Below the pieces are notes generated by a model. That model had not been told where the DNA came from, did no database searches, and saw only the letters and a program-made list of their open reading frames with translations. This document shows positions 29,918 through 41,153 of a DNA stretch of 64,000 bases, one piece after another. The stretch comes from Candidatus Eiseniibacteriota bacterium (lineage in GTDB: Bacteria; Eisenbacteria; RBG-16-71-46; CAVPCR01). The translations under genes and the position numbers were made by a program. The stretch lies in the NCBI GenBank assembly GCA_963823555.1, contig CAWGMA010000001.1, positions 896,001 through 960,000 on the forward strand, in the 5' to 3' direction. Within the stretch, counting starts at the first letter, position 1, and each line of letters opens with the position of its first letter.

Positions 29918-29980
29918 AAGATGTTTAAGGGTGTTAACTTGGAGAACTATCTTGCCCCTGCCCAGGACGACGGGGTGGAC

Positions 29981-32797
29981 ATGCCGGAGGAGCGTCTGGC
30001 TCTCAAGGTGAATGACGTCGAGGACGCGCTTCTGCCACTGGTGAGCCGGCCAGCCCGCTATCAGCCGCTGATCATGGGGCTTCGCGAGCGACGTTCGGTC
30101 GAGGTGGAAGCTGTCGTCGTCGCTCCGGATCTTCTCGAGGCCGCCATCATGCACCCGGTCGTTCCCGCTCTCTACCACGGGCTGTTTGCGGCTGGTGCGG
30201 GTGCCGAGCTGGCGTTCTTGCCCTGGATCGATTTCGAGGACGAGCTGCGCCGGCACGACCTCCCCCTCTACGCCCTCGAATCGCGACGTCCACTCAACCG
30301 CTTCCCTCTGGTCATCATTCCGGTCCTGCGCGAGCTGCAGGCCGCGGGCGTTGTCGAGATCCTCGACCTCGGCCGGATCCCGATCCGGGCCGCCGAACGC
30401 GGCCCGGATGATCCGGTCGTTGTGGGTGCGGGTCCCGCACTCGGCAATCCCGAGCCGTTCGCTGATTTCTTCGATGCCGTTCTCCTGGGCGATAGCGAGG
30501 CGATCCTCCGAGATCTCGTCGGGGTGATGAAGCATCACCCACTGGGCCGGAGCCAGCGATCGACCATCCTGGATCAGCTGGCCGAGGTCCAAGGTGTCTA
30601 TGTCCCGGCTCGGGTTCCGGTGGTGGCCGCTCGAGACGGGCGTCTCGTCGCGGCGGCCGGCACTGCCCCGGTGACGGCGCGCTACACGCAATCCGTGCCG
30701 CCGCCGGCCGCGCCGCTGCAGCCTCTGATGGAGGCGCGCGGTGATGTCTTCGAGATCGAAGTCCAGCGCGGATGTCCCCGCCGCTGCCGCTTCTGCCAGC
30801 CGGCTCGAGTGGCGGGTGAGGTCCGGGAGCTCAGTCCCGATCAGGTCCTGGCCGCGATGGGACGTGCGGTCAGGGGGGAAGGCTGGCAGGAGCTCGCCTT
30901 GGGTGGGCTCATGCCATGTGACTGGAGTCACCTCGACACGACCATCGAGCCACTCGGTCGCCAGCTTTTCGGCACGGGAGTCGCGCTCTCGCTCGGTGCG
31001 GCCGCCGGGGAGCGGGTATCCAAGGGCGTCCTCGCGGAGCTGTCGCGAGTCCGGCGGACCACACTGGCATTTGCGCCCGAGGCGGGAAGTGAACGGCTGC
31101 GCCGTGTCATCGGCAAACCGCTCGACGAGGATGCCCTGCTCGAGGCCGTGGGCCAGGCGGCTCGGCTCGGCTGGCCTTCAGTCAAGCTGCACTTCATGAT
31201 CGGCCTGCCCACCGAGACCGACGATGATCTCCGTGCCATCGCCGAGTTGTGTGACCGCGTATGCAAGGCAGGGTCGCGTCCGGGATCGCGCTTCGCCGTG
31301 CAGGTCACGATTCACCCTTTCGTCCCCAGGGCTCACACGCCACTGCAATGGGAGGCGCAGCTTCCGCTGGATGAGATGCGCCGACGAGTGAAGCGGTTGC
31401 GTGGACTCCTGAACCGCCGTGCGCTCAGACTGCGCTGGGGTCACCCTGAGAGCGCACAGCTCGAAGCGCTGCTGGCCCGCGGTGATCGCCGGCTGGGTCC
31501 AGTGATCGGGGATGCCTATCGCGCGGGAGCCCGTCTGGATAGCTGGTCGGAACTCGTGCGACCGGCGATCTGGTGGCGGGTCCTGGCGGAGGCCGGATTG
31601 GATCTGGCGACCGAGCTCGGACCGCGTGCGACGGACCATCCCCTTCCGTGGTCTCATCTCGCGCTCGGTGAAGGCGAAGCTCATCTCGCTGCCGAACGCG
31701 AGGCCGCCCATCGGGGCGAGATCTCACCGCTTCGCCCGATCGTCCTCTCCCTCCGGCCACAACCGCCAGGGGCCGAGGGGCTGTTTGCCCAGACGCCGCT
31801 CGCGCTGCCCGCCGACGAACCCGGCGCGGGGGGGGCTGGGGCCGGGGCGACCGCTGCCGCGGTGCAGGCCAGGGCGGGACTCTACGGCCGGAGCACGAAG
31901 CGCCGGCGCGTGAGTCGCCAGGCTTCGCGCCGCCACCGCGTGCGTTTCGCCAAGACGGAACCGGTGCGCTTCATCTCTCATCTCGACACGGTGCGGCTTC
32001 TCGACCGGGCGCTCCGGCGCGCGGGCATCACCGTCGCCTATTCGACGGGCTACAGCCGTCATCCGAAGTTCTCGTTCGGCCCTCCGCTCCCGGTCGGAAT
32101 GGTCGGGCTCGACGAGTACTTCGACGTCGAGCTCGTGGATGAGCGCCCTGCAGAGTTCGTCGAACTTCTGAACACGCATTTGCCGGCCGGCATCCAGGTC
32201 CTGGAGGCCGAGCCTCTTCTTTCCAAGGTCCAATCGCTGATGAGCTTGATCGACCATGCCGACTACAGGCTGAGCTTCACCCCGCATGTGCGTCGGCTCC
32301 TCGGCGATCCGGATTCGATTCCGTTCCGCGCCTCGCTCGACGAGGCCATCCGCCACTTCTTCTCCCATGACCGCGCTTTCATCATGCAGCGCGGCCCCGA
32401 TGGTGAGCGTCCGGTGGAGCTCACGAGCGGCGTTCGGCGCCTGGCCGCTGTCCAGGGCGACGACGCCTTTCCCGTCCTCGAACTCGCCCTGCGCATCGCG
32501 GGCGACGGGGCGGTGCGGCCGCTCGACCTCGCCGGATTTCTCCTCGGGCATCTTCTGGGAGAGGATCGGCTCGATCCCAAGCTGCTGCGCGTGGCACGAC
32601 TTCGGCTCTACCACGTGCGGGGCGATCATCTGATCACCCCCTTCGATGCAGTAGCAGGGGAAGAGCTTGTCGGTGCGCTTTCCGCACCCGGATCGGCGGG
32701 TGGTCCCACGCCAGGCGATGGGAGACCCGATGTCCAAAGAGATCGTTATCAACGCCGATCAGGCCGAGACACGTATCGCCATACTCGAAGATGGTGA
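29981..32797 (+). CDS. Radical SAM protein (TIGR03960-like) fused to a DUF2344/TIGR03936-like domain
   Basis: RGCPRRCRFC, FAPEAGSERLR, FMIGLPTET, FVPRAHTPLQW; C-terminal RFISHLD, YSTGYSRHPKFSFGPPLPVG; upstream of rng as is usual for this family. Confidence 0.85.
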   Translation: MPEERLALKVNDVEDALLPLVSRPARYQPLIMGLRERRSVEVEAVVVAPDLLEAAIMHPVVPALYHGLFAAGAGAELAFLPWIDFEDELRRHDLPLYALESRRPLNRFPLVIIPVLRELQAAGVVEILDLGRIPIRAAERGPDDPVVVGAGPALGNPEPFADFFDAVLLGDSEAILRDLVGVMKHHPLGRSQRSTILDQLAEVQGVYVPARVPVVAARDGRLVAAAGTAPVTARYTQSVPPPAAPLQPLMEARGDVFEIEVQRGCPRRCRFCQPARVAGEVRELSPDQVLAAMGRAVRGEGWQELALGGLMPCDWSHLDTTIEPLGRQLFGTGVALSLGAAAGERVSKGVLAELSRVRRTTLAFAPEAGSERLRRVIGKPLDEDALLEAVGQAARLGWPSVKLHFMIGLPTETDDDLRAIAELCDRVCKAGSRPGSRFAVQVTIHPFVPRAHTPLQWEAQLPLDEMRRRVKRLRGLLNRRALRLRWGHPESAQLEALLARGDRRLGPVIGDAYRAGARLDSWSELVRPAIWWRVLAEAGLDLATELGPRATDHPLPWSHLALGEGEAHLAAEREAAHRGEISPLRPIVLSLRPQPPGAEGLFAQTPLALPADEPGAGGAGAGATAAAVQARAGLYGRSTKRRRVSRQASRRHRVRFAKTEPVRFISHLDTVRLLDRALRRAGITVAYSTGYSRHPKFSFGPPLPVGMVGLDEYFDVELVDERPAEFVELLNTHLPAGIQVLEAEPLLSKVQSLMSLIDHADYRLSFTPHVRRLLGDPDSIPFRASLDEAIRHFFSHDRAFIMQRGPDGERPVELTSGVRRLAAVQGDDAFPVLELALRIAGDGAVRPLDLAGFLLGHLLGEDRLDPKLLRVARLRLYHVRGDHLITPFDAVAGEELVGALSAPGSAGGPTPGDGRPDVQRDRYQRRSGRDTYRHTRRW

Positions 32798-34322
32798 ACT
32801 CGTAGAGCTGCTGTTCGAACGACCCGACAAGCGCCGCATCGTCGGCGACATCTTCAAGGCCCGGGTGAATGCGGTTCTGCCGGGGATGCAGGCCGCTTTC
32901 GTCGACCTCGGCCTCGAGCGGACTGGCTTCCTTCACGCCTCCGATCTGGCCACGGCGCGCCCCAAGCTGGCCGAGGGCCTTGATATCGAGGATGACGCCG
33001 GCGAGGACATGGAGTCCGCCGTCCCCGCCCCGCGCCGGGGCGGGCGGCGGCAGCGCTTGCCTCGCCGCGGGCCGGACGCCCATCCCCGCATCGAGGACCA
33101 CTTGAAGCCGGGGCAGGAGATCCTGGTCCAGATCACCAAGGAGCCGATCTCGACCAAGGGGCCGCGCGTGACCCAGCAGATCTCGCTGCCCGGGCGCTAC
33201 CTGGTCTACATGCCGCAGCTCGACCATCTCGGCATCTCGCGCAAGATCATGGACCGAGACGAGCGGCAGCGGTTGCGCCAGATGCTTGCCGAGGTCAAGC
33301 CGGACGGCGGCGGCATCATCGTGCGAACGGTGGGCGAGGGTAAGGATCTCCGCCACTTCCGGTCCGATGTCCGCTTCCTCACCAAGATGTGGAACGAGGT
33401 GCAGAAGAAATCGAAGAAGGAGAAGGCGCCTGCGCTTCTCCATCGTGAGATGGAGCTCACCACGGGTCTCATCCGCGATCTCTTCACCGAGGAAGTGGAC
33501 CGCGTCATCATCGACGGCAAGAAGGAGCACAAGGAGATCAACGCCTACCTCCGCTCCTATGCTCCCGAGCTGCGCAACCGGGTCGAGCTCTACGAGCAGG
33601 ACACACCGATCTTCGATCGCTTCGGCATCGAGCCCGAGATCGAGAAGACCTTCGATCGGAAGATCTGGCTCAAGCGTGGCGGCTACATCGTGATCGAGCA
33701 CACCGAGGCTCTGGTCACGATCGACGTCAACACCGGTCGCTACACGGGCAAGACGGCATCGCAGGAGGAGACCATCCTCCGCACGAACCTGGAAGCCGCC
33801 CGCGAGATCGCCCGTCAGCTCCGGCTGCGTGATATCGGCGGCATCATCGTCATCGATTTCATCGACATGGAGATCGAGGCCAACAAGCGGGCGGTGATCG
33901 AGGATCTGCGCAACGTCCTGCGCCGTGATCGAGCCCGCACCAAGACCTTCGGTGTGTCCGACCTCGGCCTGGTCGAGATGACCCGGCAGCGGGTGCGGCC
34001 GAGTCTCCTCCACTACTTCTCGGATGATTGCCCCACCTGCGATGGGGTGGGGAAGGTGCTGTCGCTCGAATCGGTGGGGATGGCGGTCGAGCGGATGCTC
34101 AAGCGCGCCGGACGCGAGCTCAAGGAGAAGCGGCTCGAGCTCCATGTCTCCCCGGAGGTTGCCGTCTTCCTCATGGAGGAGCGCGGGGGGCGCATCGGGC
34201 AGATCGAGCGCATGCACGGCCTGGAGGTCGACATCGTCGATGATCCGACGCTCAGGCGCAATGAGCGCCGGCTCAAGGTGGTTGGTACTTCCGAGGACGT
34301 GACGGACCAGGTGGACATCTAG
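32730..34322 (+). CDS. rng: Ribonuclease E/G family (RNase G size)
   Basis: MSKEIVIN, VLPGMQAAFVD, IDVNTG, LRDIGGIIVIDFIDM, CPTCDG. Confidence 0.93.
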   Translation: MSKEIVINADQAETRIAILEDGELVELLFERPDKRRIVGDIFKARVNAVLPGMQAAFVDLGLERTGFLHASDLATARPKLAEGLDIEDDAGEDMESAVPAPRRGGRRQRLPRRGPDAHPRIEDHLKPGQEILVQITKEPISTKGPRVTQQISLPGRYLVYMPQLDHLGISRKIMDRDERQRLRQMLAEVKPDGGGIIVRTVGEGKDLRHFRSDVRFLTKMWNEVQKKSKKEKAPALLHREMELTTGLIRDLFTEEVDRVIIDGKKEHKEINAYLRSYAPELRNRVELYEQDTPIFDRFGIEPEIEKTFDRKIWLKRGGYIVIEHTEALVTIDVNTGRYTGKTASQEETILRTNLEAAREIARQLRLRDIGGIIVIDFIDMEIEANKRAVIEDLRNVLRRDRARTKTFGVSDLGLVEMTRQRVRPSLLHYFSDDCPTCDGVGKVLSLESVGMAVERMLKRAGRELKEKRLELHVSPEVAVFLMEERGGRIGQIERMHGLEVDIVDDPTLRRNERRLKVVGTSEDVTDQVDI

Positions 34323-34414
34323 GCCGACGGCCCGACTTGCCAGCCGGGCGCCCAGCTGCGACCATAGAGGCATCCCGTCCCGGTGGTCTCGATGGCCCCA
34401 AGGGGAGACCGGCC

Positions 34415-36169
34415 ATGCTCCACCACTCGTTTCGCCCCGGCCGCGTCCGGCGGTACCCGCTCTGGGTCGCTGGCGTGGCGACCGCCGCCCTCATCTTCGT
34501 CACCGGCGGCGCCCAGGCGCAGCGGGCCGCCGATCTCGAGCTCCTGCGCGACACGGCGCCCCCGCCGCCGCCCCTGGCTCCGGACGCCACCCTGTCGATC
34601 CAGCTGAGCCCGACACCGGTGTGGATCTCGAGCGATGCGTCGCGGGTTTCCACCGGCGGAGCGCTGGCCGACGTCGACGGCGACCAGGATCTCGATTTCG
34701 TCGTCTCCAACGGGAACGACATGGCGGTGCAGCCGCAGACGATGTACCGCAACCTGGGCGGTGTCCTCGAGCTGAGCCCGTCCTGGGTCTCCACGGACGC
34801 GCAGTACTCGGGTCACTGCGCGGTCGGAGACGTGACCGGCGACGGGAATCCGGATCTCGTCGTTGCCAACTACGGCTCGTTCGCGCCCCAGCGTCTCATC
34901 ATGTACCGCAATCTCGGCGCCGCGTTCGAGACCACCGCGTCCTGGCAGAGCTCGGATCTGGACAACTCCTTCAGCTGCGCCCTCGGCGATGTGGATCTCG
35001 ACGGGGACATGGATCTGGCGGTGGCCAACGGCGAGGCCTATGTGACCGGGCCCGCCGCGAACGACCTCTACCGCAACGAAGCCGGCGCCCTGACGCCGCT
35101 CCCGGTATGGCAGTCATCCGAGATCGAATCCAGCTATGACGTGGCCTGGGCGGACGTGGATCGCGACGGAGATCTCGATCTGGCCGTCATCAACTCGATG
35201 ACGCCGGCGCGACTCTACGACAACCAGGGCGGCGTTCTCTCGACGACGGCGATCTGGAGCTCCACGATCGCGGAGGACGGCAACACGCTGGCCTTCGGCG
35301 ATGTCGATGGGGACGGCTGGCTCGACCTGGCCGTGGCGACCAACCGGCAGATCGGCGGCACCGGTCGCTTCCGCCTGTTCCTGAATCAGAACGGCACGCT
35401 GTCGAGCACCCCGTCGTGGACCTCCAACGTGGGCAATGTCTACGGCTCGGCCGTGGCCTTTGCCGATCTGGACGCCGATGGGGACGAGGACCTCGTGGCT
35501 GGCAGCTGGTGGGGGCAGCTCCTCGTCTTCGAGAATCTGGGCGGGACCCTGACCACCGGTGCCGCGTTCATCTCGCAGACAACGAGTGTGATCGAGGCCA
35601 TCATCCCGGGCGACGTGGACGGTGATGGGCTCGTGCCGCGGAATGACGTCCTGGCCGCGGATGGTTCACGCCGGCTCTTCTATGTGAGCCGCCGGCCGAT
35701 CCAGCGACTGGTCGAGGTGCGAGCCGACGGCGTGGCGCTCGCGCCCGGGACCTTCGCCTGCGATCTCGATCAGGGCTGGATCAGTGTGGCAGCCGCCCCG
35801 GCTCAGGATCTGGCGGTCGACTACTGGGTCTCCGACGACCTCGATCTGGCGGTGACCAACTGGGATAGCAACATCGGCAACTATGTCTTCGAGAATCAGA
35901 GGGCGACGACCGCCGTGACGGCGACCGGTGGCGCCGTTTCGATACCGGGCCTCCGGATCAGTCCGCTGCCGGCGCGTTCCGGAAGCTGGGTCACCATCCA
36001 GGGGGCGGCGGCGGGCACCGAGCTGCGAGTGATCTCGGCTGGTGGCCGGGTGCTGGCCCGGATCCTGCCCGGGGGCGATGGGGTTGCCCGCTACCGGCCC
36101 TCGAGCCCCGGAGTGGTCTGGGTGGCTGGGCCGGCCGGCGATGCAGCCCGGGTCGTGGTCACGCGTTAG
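34415..36169 (+). CDS. Secreted FG-GAP/VCBS repeat beta-propeller protein
   Basis: Signal peptide ending AQA; seven D-x-D-G-D-G-x-x-D-L repeats at ~50-aa spacing. Confidence 0.85.
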   Translation: MLHHSFRPGRVRRYPLWVAGVATAALIFVTGGAQAQRAADLELLRDTAPPPPPLAPDATLSIQLSPTPVWISSDASRVSTGGALADVDGDQDLDFVVSNGNDMAVQPQTMYRNLGGVLELSPSWVSTDAQYSGHCAVGDVTGDGNPDLVVANYGSFAPQRLIMYRNLGAAFETTASWQSSDLDNSFSCALGDVDLDGDMDLAVANGEAYVTGPAANDLYRNEAGALTPLPVWQSSEIESSYDVAWADVDRDGDLDLAVINSMTPARLYDNQGGVLSTTAIWSSTIAEDGNTLAFGDVDGDGWLDLAVATNRQIGGTGRFRLFLNQNGTLSSTPSWTSNVGNVYGSAVAFADLDADGDEDLVAGSWWGQLLVFENLGGTLTTGAAFISQTTSVIEAIIPGDVDGDGLVPRNDVLAADGSRRLFYVSRRPIQRLVEVRADGVALAPGTFACDLDQGWISVAAAPAQDLAVDYWVSDDLDLAVTNWDSNIGNYVFENQRATTAVTATGGAVSIPGLRISPLPARSGSWVTIQGAAAGTELRVISAGGRVLARILPGGDGVARYRPSSPGVVWVAGPAGDAARVVVTR

Positions 36170-36273
36170 ACGGCCTCCGGGCGCCGGGTCGCTGGGGCCG
36201 GCCGACCCGTGGACACGAGTTCCGGTGGGTGGCCGGATTCCCGTTGGGGCCTGGCTGGCCGCGCCCGTCCGTC

Positions 36274-36302
36274 TTGACACCCCGCAGGCTGCCCGCTAAG
36301 CT
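36274..36302 (+). promoter_or_regulatory. sigma70 promoter of rplU-rpmA
   Basis: TTGACA-N17-TAAGCT. Confidence 0.7.
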
Positions 36303-36399
36303 CCCTGGAGCTCAGGTTCCTTGTTCGTCATTCAGGTCGAGACTGGACCACGCGGCTCCGGAGCTCAGGGGGCCGCGTGAGTCTTGGAAGGGCGGGAAG

Positions 36400-36714
36400 A
36401 TGTTTGCCGTCGTGCGCGTGAAGGGGATGCAGTTCCGGGTCGAACCGGATGCCTTGGTCCAAGTACCGAAGCTCACGGCCGAGGTCGGAGCCGAGGTGCC
36501 GATCGACGAGGTCATGCTCGTCGGCGGTGAGGACGCGGTTGCGGTGGGCGCTCCCCTCGTGCCAGGAGCCAAGGTTCTCGCCGAGGTCGTCCGGCATGGT
36601 CGCGGGCCCAAGATCACGGGGATCAAGTACAAGCGCCGGAAGGACTATCGTCGGCGCTGGGGCGCTCGAGCCGACTTCACCGAGCTCAGGATCCGCTCGA
36701 TCCAAACCAACTAA
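36400..36714 (+). CDS. rplU: 50S ribosomal protein L21
   Basis: MFAVV...GMQFRV, VGAPLV.GAKV, KYKRRKDYRRRWG. Confidence 0.95.
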   Translation: MFAVVRVKGMQFRVEPDALVQVPKLTAEVGAEVPIDEVMLVGGEDAVAVGAPLVPGAKVLAEVVRHGRGPKITGIKYKRRKDYRRRWGARADFTELRIRSIQTN

Positions 36715-36767
36715 GCGGCTAACCGGCTTTCAATTGGACTCATCGATCAGAGTCGTAAGGTAGAGTC

Positions 36768-37049
36768 ATGGCGCATAAGAAAGGTGTGGGCAGCTCACGC
36801 AACGGGCGGGATTCGAACCCGCAGTACCTGGGCGTGAAGGCCTTCGGTAATCAGTTCGTGACCGCCGGATCGATCATCGTGCGCCAGCGCGGTACGCGGA
36901 TCCATCCGGGAATCCACGTCGGCAAGGGCGGTGATGACACCTTGTTCGCCCTCCGCGATGGGTTCGTGATCTTCGAACGCATGGGCCGGGACAAGAAGCA
37001 GGTATCGGTGTTGCCGGAGCGGCAGGCGCCGGCCACGGCTGGGAGCTAG
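36768..37049 (+). CDS. rpmA: 50S ribosomal protein L27
   Basis: [24 protein letters not shown]. Confidence 0.98.
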   Translation: MAHKKGVGSSRNGRDSNPQYLGVKAFGNQFVTAGSIIVRQRGTRIHPGIHVGKGGDDTLFALRDGFVIFERMGRDKKQVSVLPERQAPATAGS

Positions 37050-37121
37050 AACGCGATTGCGACCATGACGGGCGCGGCCACGGCGGCGCGCGGAGCGCCG
37101 CTGATCCCAGAGCCGAGTTGG

Positions 37122-37164
37122 AAATGCGAGGGGACTCCCCGGAATGGGAGTCCCCTCCTCATTT
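37122..37164 (+). terminator. Strong hairpin downstream of rpmA (possible terminator)
   Basis: GAGGGGACTCCC (37128-39)/GGGAGTCCCCTC (37146-57), perfect 12 bp; only a weak U tract. Confidence 0.5.
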
Positions 37165-37182
37165 GGGGAGAAGGTGGCGACC

Positions 37183-37953
37183 GTGGCTGATCCAGCGATC
37201 GCCGTCGTCATCCCGGCGCGCTACGCGTCTACCCGCTTCCCGGGCAAGCCCCTGGCCCCGCTCCTGGGCCGCCCCTTGATTGCGCACGTCATCGAGCGCG
37301 CGCTGGCGGCCAGCCTTGCGCCGCGAGTCATCGTCGCCACCGATGATGACCGTATCGCCGCTGCGGCCGTGCATGCCGGTGCCGAGGCGAGGCTCACCTC
37401 CCCCGACCATGCCAGCGGGACGGATCGAGTGGCTGAGGTGGCCCGCGACCTCGATGCGGAGATCCTCGTCAACGTGCAAGGAGACGAGCCGTGTGTGCCG
37501 CCATCGGCCATCGATCGTTGCGCCGGGCCGCTCCTTGCGGACAAGGCCGTTGACATGGCCACTCTGGCGCATATAGTGAGCGCAGTGGACGCGCTTGATC
37601 CCAACGCGGTCAAGGTCGTGTGTGATCGCGCTGCGAATGCGCTCTACTTTTCCCGCCATCCTATTCCCTACATCCGAGATCGGGTGCGCCGCGCGCCGGA
37701 GCAGCCGCCGGCGCACCTCCGGCATATCGGGATCTATGCTTACCGGCGGGATACTCTGCTCTTGCTCGCGCGCACTCCGCCGTCGCCGCTGGAGCAAGCG
37801 GAGCGCCTCGAGCAGCTACGCGCGCTCGAGCATGGAGTCCGGATCCGCGTCGAGATCGTCGACTGGGAAGCGCAGGGCGTCGATACGCCCGAGGATCTCG
37901 GGCGGGCCGAGGTCCTGCTCAGGCAAGGCGGTGGAGCTGCAGATAGGCGCTGA
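37183..37953 (+). CDS. kdsB: CMP-KDO synthetase
   Basis: [44 protein letters not shown]; start uncertain. Confidence 0.96.
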   Translation: MADPAIAVVIPARYASTRFPGKPLAPLLGRPLIAHVIERALAASLAPRVIVATDDDRIAAAAVHAGAEARLTSPDHASGTDRVAEVARDLDAEILVNVQGDEPCVPPSAIDRCAGPLLADKAVDMATLAHIVSAVDALDPNAVKVVCDRAANALYFSRHPIPYIRDRVRRAPEQPPAHLRHIGIYAYRRDTLLLLARTPPSPLEQAERLEQLRALEHGVRIRVEIVDWEAQGVDTPEDLGRAEVLLRQGGGAADRR

Positions 37954-37985
37954 CCACGCTGGGGCCCCTGAAAGCGAGAGAAGGC

Positions 37986-39654
<1,669 letters not shown>

Positions 39655-39690
39655 CGTTTGAGCGAAGAAAGAGAGAGTCGAGACAAAGCC

Positions 39691-40533
39691 ATGACGGTCG
39701 CCATCGATTCACGAACCACCCTGGGCGACGGCCGGCTCGGCGTGATCGCTGGACCCTGCGTTGCCGAGGACCTGGGCCTCTGTCTCGAGGTGGCGTCCGA
39801 GCTCAAGCGGATCGGCGACCGTCTCGGCCTGCCCCTCATCTTCAAGTCGTCCTACGCCAAGGAGAACCGGAGCTCCGCCGGTTCCTATCGCGGTCCGGGG
39901 ATCGTGGCCGGGCTCGACATGCTCGCCCAGGTTCGCGCCCGCACCGCGCTTCCCCTGCTGTCGGACGTGCACGCCCCGGAAGAGGCGGCGGTGGCAGCCA
40001 GGGTGCTTGACGTGCTGCAGATTCCGGCCTTTCTCTGCCGGCAGACGCCGCTCCTCATGGCCTGCGGTGCCACCGGGAAGCCGGTCAACGTGAAGAAGGG
40101 CCAGTTCGTCGCCCCCGAGGATATGATCGGAGCCGTGGAGAAACTCAAGGGTGCCGGCTGTCCGGGGGTGCTCCTGACCGAGCGCGGAACGACGTTCGGC
40201 TACCACGATCTGGTCGTCGACATGCGGTCCTTCCTGCGCATGGCGTTTCCCGGCGTGATCACCATCTATGACGTGACCCACAGCCTGCAGACGCCCGGCG
40301 GTCCGGTCACCGGCGGGCGCCGCGAGTTCGCCTTGCCGCTGGCCCGCGCCGCGGTGGCCGCCGGAGCGGCTGCGGTCTTTCTCGAGACGCACCCCGATCC
40401 GGAGCGCGCCAGGAGCGATGCCGCGACACAGCTCCCCCTGGCCAGCGTCGAGGCCTTGCTGGTCGAGCTGGTGCGAGTCCGGGCGGCGATCCAGGCGGAT
40501 ACTCCGCGGCCCGCGGCCGGCGGGAGGGTGTGA
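39691..40533 (+). CDS. kdsA: KDO 8-phosphate synthase
   Basis: IAGPCV.E, QIPAFLCRQT, NVKKGQF, ERGTTFGY, ETHPDP. Confidence 0.95.
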   Translation: MTVAIDSRTTLGDGRLGVIAGPCVAEDLGLCLEVASELKRIGDRLGLPLIFKSSYAKENRSSAGSYRGPGIVAGLDMLAQVRARTALPLLSDVHAPEEAAVAARVLDVLQIPAFLCRQTPLLMACGATGKPVNVKKGQFVAPEDMIGAVEKLKGAGCPGVLLTERGTTFGYHDLVVDMRSFLRMAFPGVITIYDVTHSLQTPGGPVTGGRREFALPLARAAVAAGAAAVFLETHPDPERARSDAATQLPLASVEALLVELVRVRAAIQADTPRPAAGGRV

Positions 40534-41153
40534 TGGTCGGAGTCCTGCGCGCTCCCCGCGGTTCCCACGGTCGAGCTCAATCCGGGGCCCGCTCGCGAGC
40601 GATGAGCCCCGCCGGGCGCGCTCCCGATCTGCTCCTCCGCCCGATCGAGGTGCTGTTCCTGGATGTCGACGGCGTCCTGGCGGATGGCGGCATCATTCTC
40701 GCGGAGGGGCTCGAGCTCAAGCGGTTCACCGCTCGAGATGGGGCGGCAGCCTACATCGCTCATCGTGCCCGGCTCAGGATCGTGCTCGTCACGTTCCGCG
40801 ATTCGGAGGCTGTGCGGCGCCGCGCCGCCGAGCTCTCGGTGGAGGCCTTGCAGGGCGTGCGCGAAAAGGCCAGGGCGGTACGGGCGGCCTGCGCGCGTTT
40901 CGGTGTCGCGCCGGCTGCGGCTGCCTTCATGGGCGATGATCTCGTCGATCTCGATGCCATGCGCCTCTGCGGGCTCGCCGTCGCGCCCTGCGACGCGGCT
41001 CCTCCGGCCTTGCGCTTGGCCCATATCGTCACCGCGGCCCGGGGTGGCGAGGGCGCGGTGCGCGAGGCGGTCGAAACGATCCTCTGGCTGAATCGGGCCC
41101 TGACTGAACGAACCGAGTCCGAGTCCAGCGCACGGAGGAAGAGCCGTGGCTGA
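40533..41153 (+). CDS. kdsC: KDO 8-phosphate phosphatase (HAD)
   Basis: LDVDGVL.DG, GDDLVD, GGEGAVRE; alternative start 40602. Confidence 0.9.
   Translation: MVGVLRAPRGSHGRAQSGARSRAMSPAGRAPDLLLRPIEVLFLDVDGVLADGGIILAEGLELKRFTARDGAAAYIAHRARLRIVLVTFRDSEAVRRRAAELSVEALQGVREKARAVRAACARFGVAPAAAAFMGDDLVDLDAMRLCGLAVAPCDAAPPALRLAHIVTAARGGEGAVREAVETILWLNRALTERTESESSARRKSRG

Noticed and set aside
34660..35630. Periodic GACGTCGACGGCGAC-like DNA repeats as a CRISPR or tandem array
   Set aside because: They are degenerate codons for the FG-GAP DxDGDG motifs inside one ORF; no identical repeat-spacer structure
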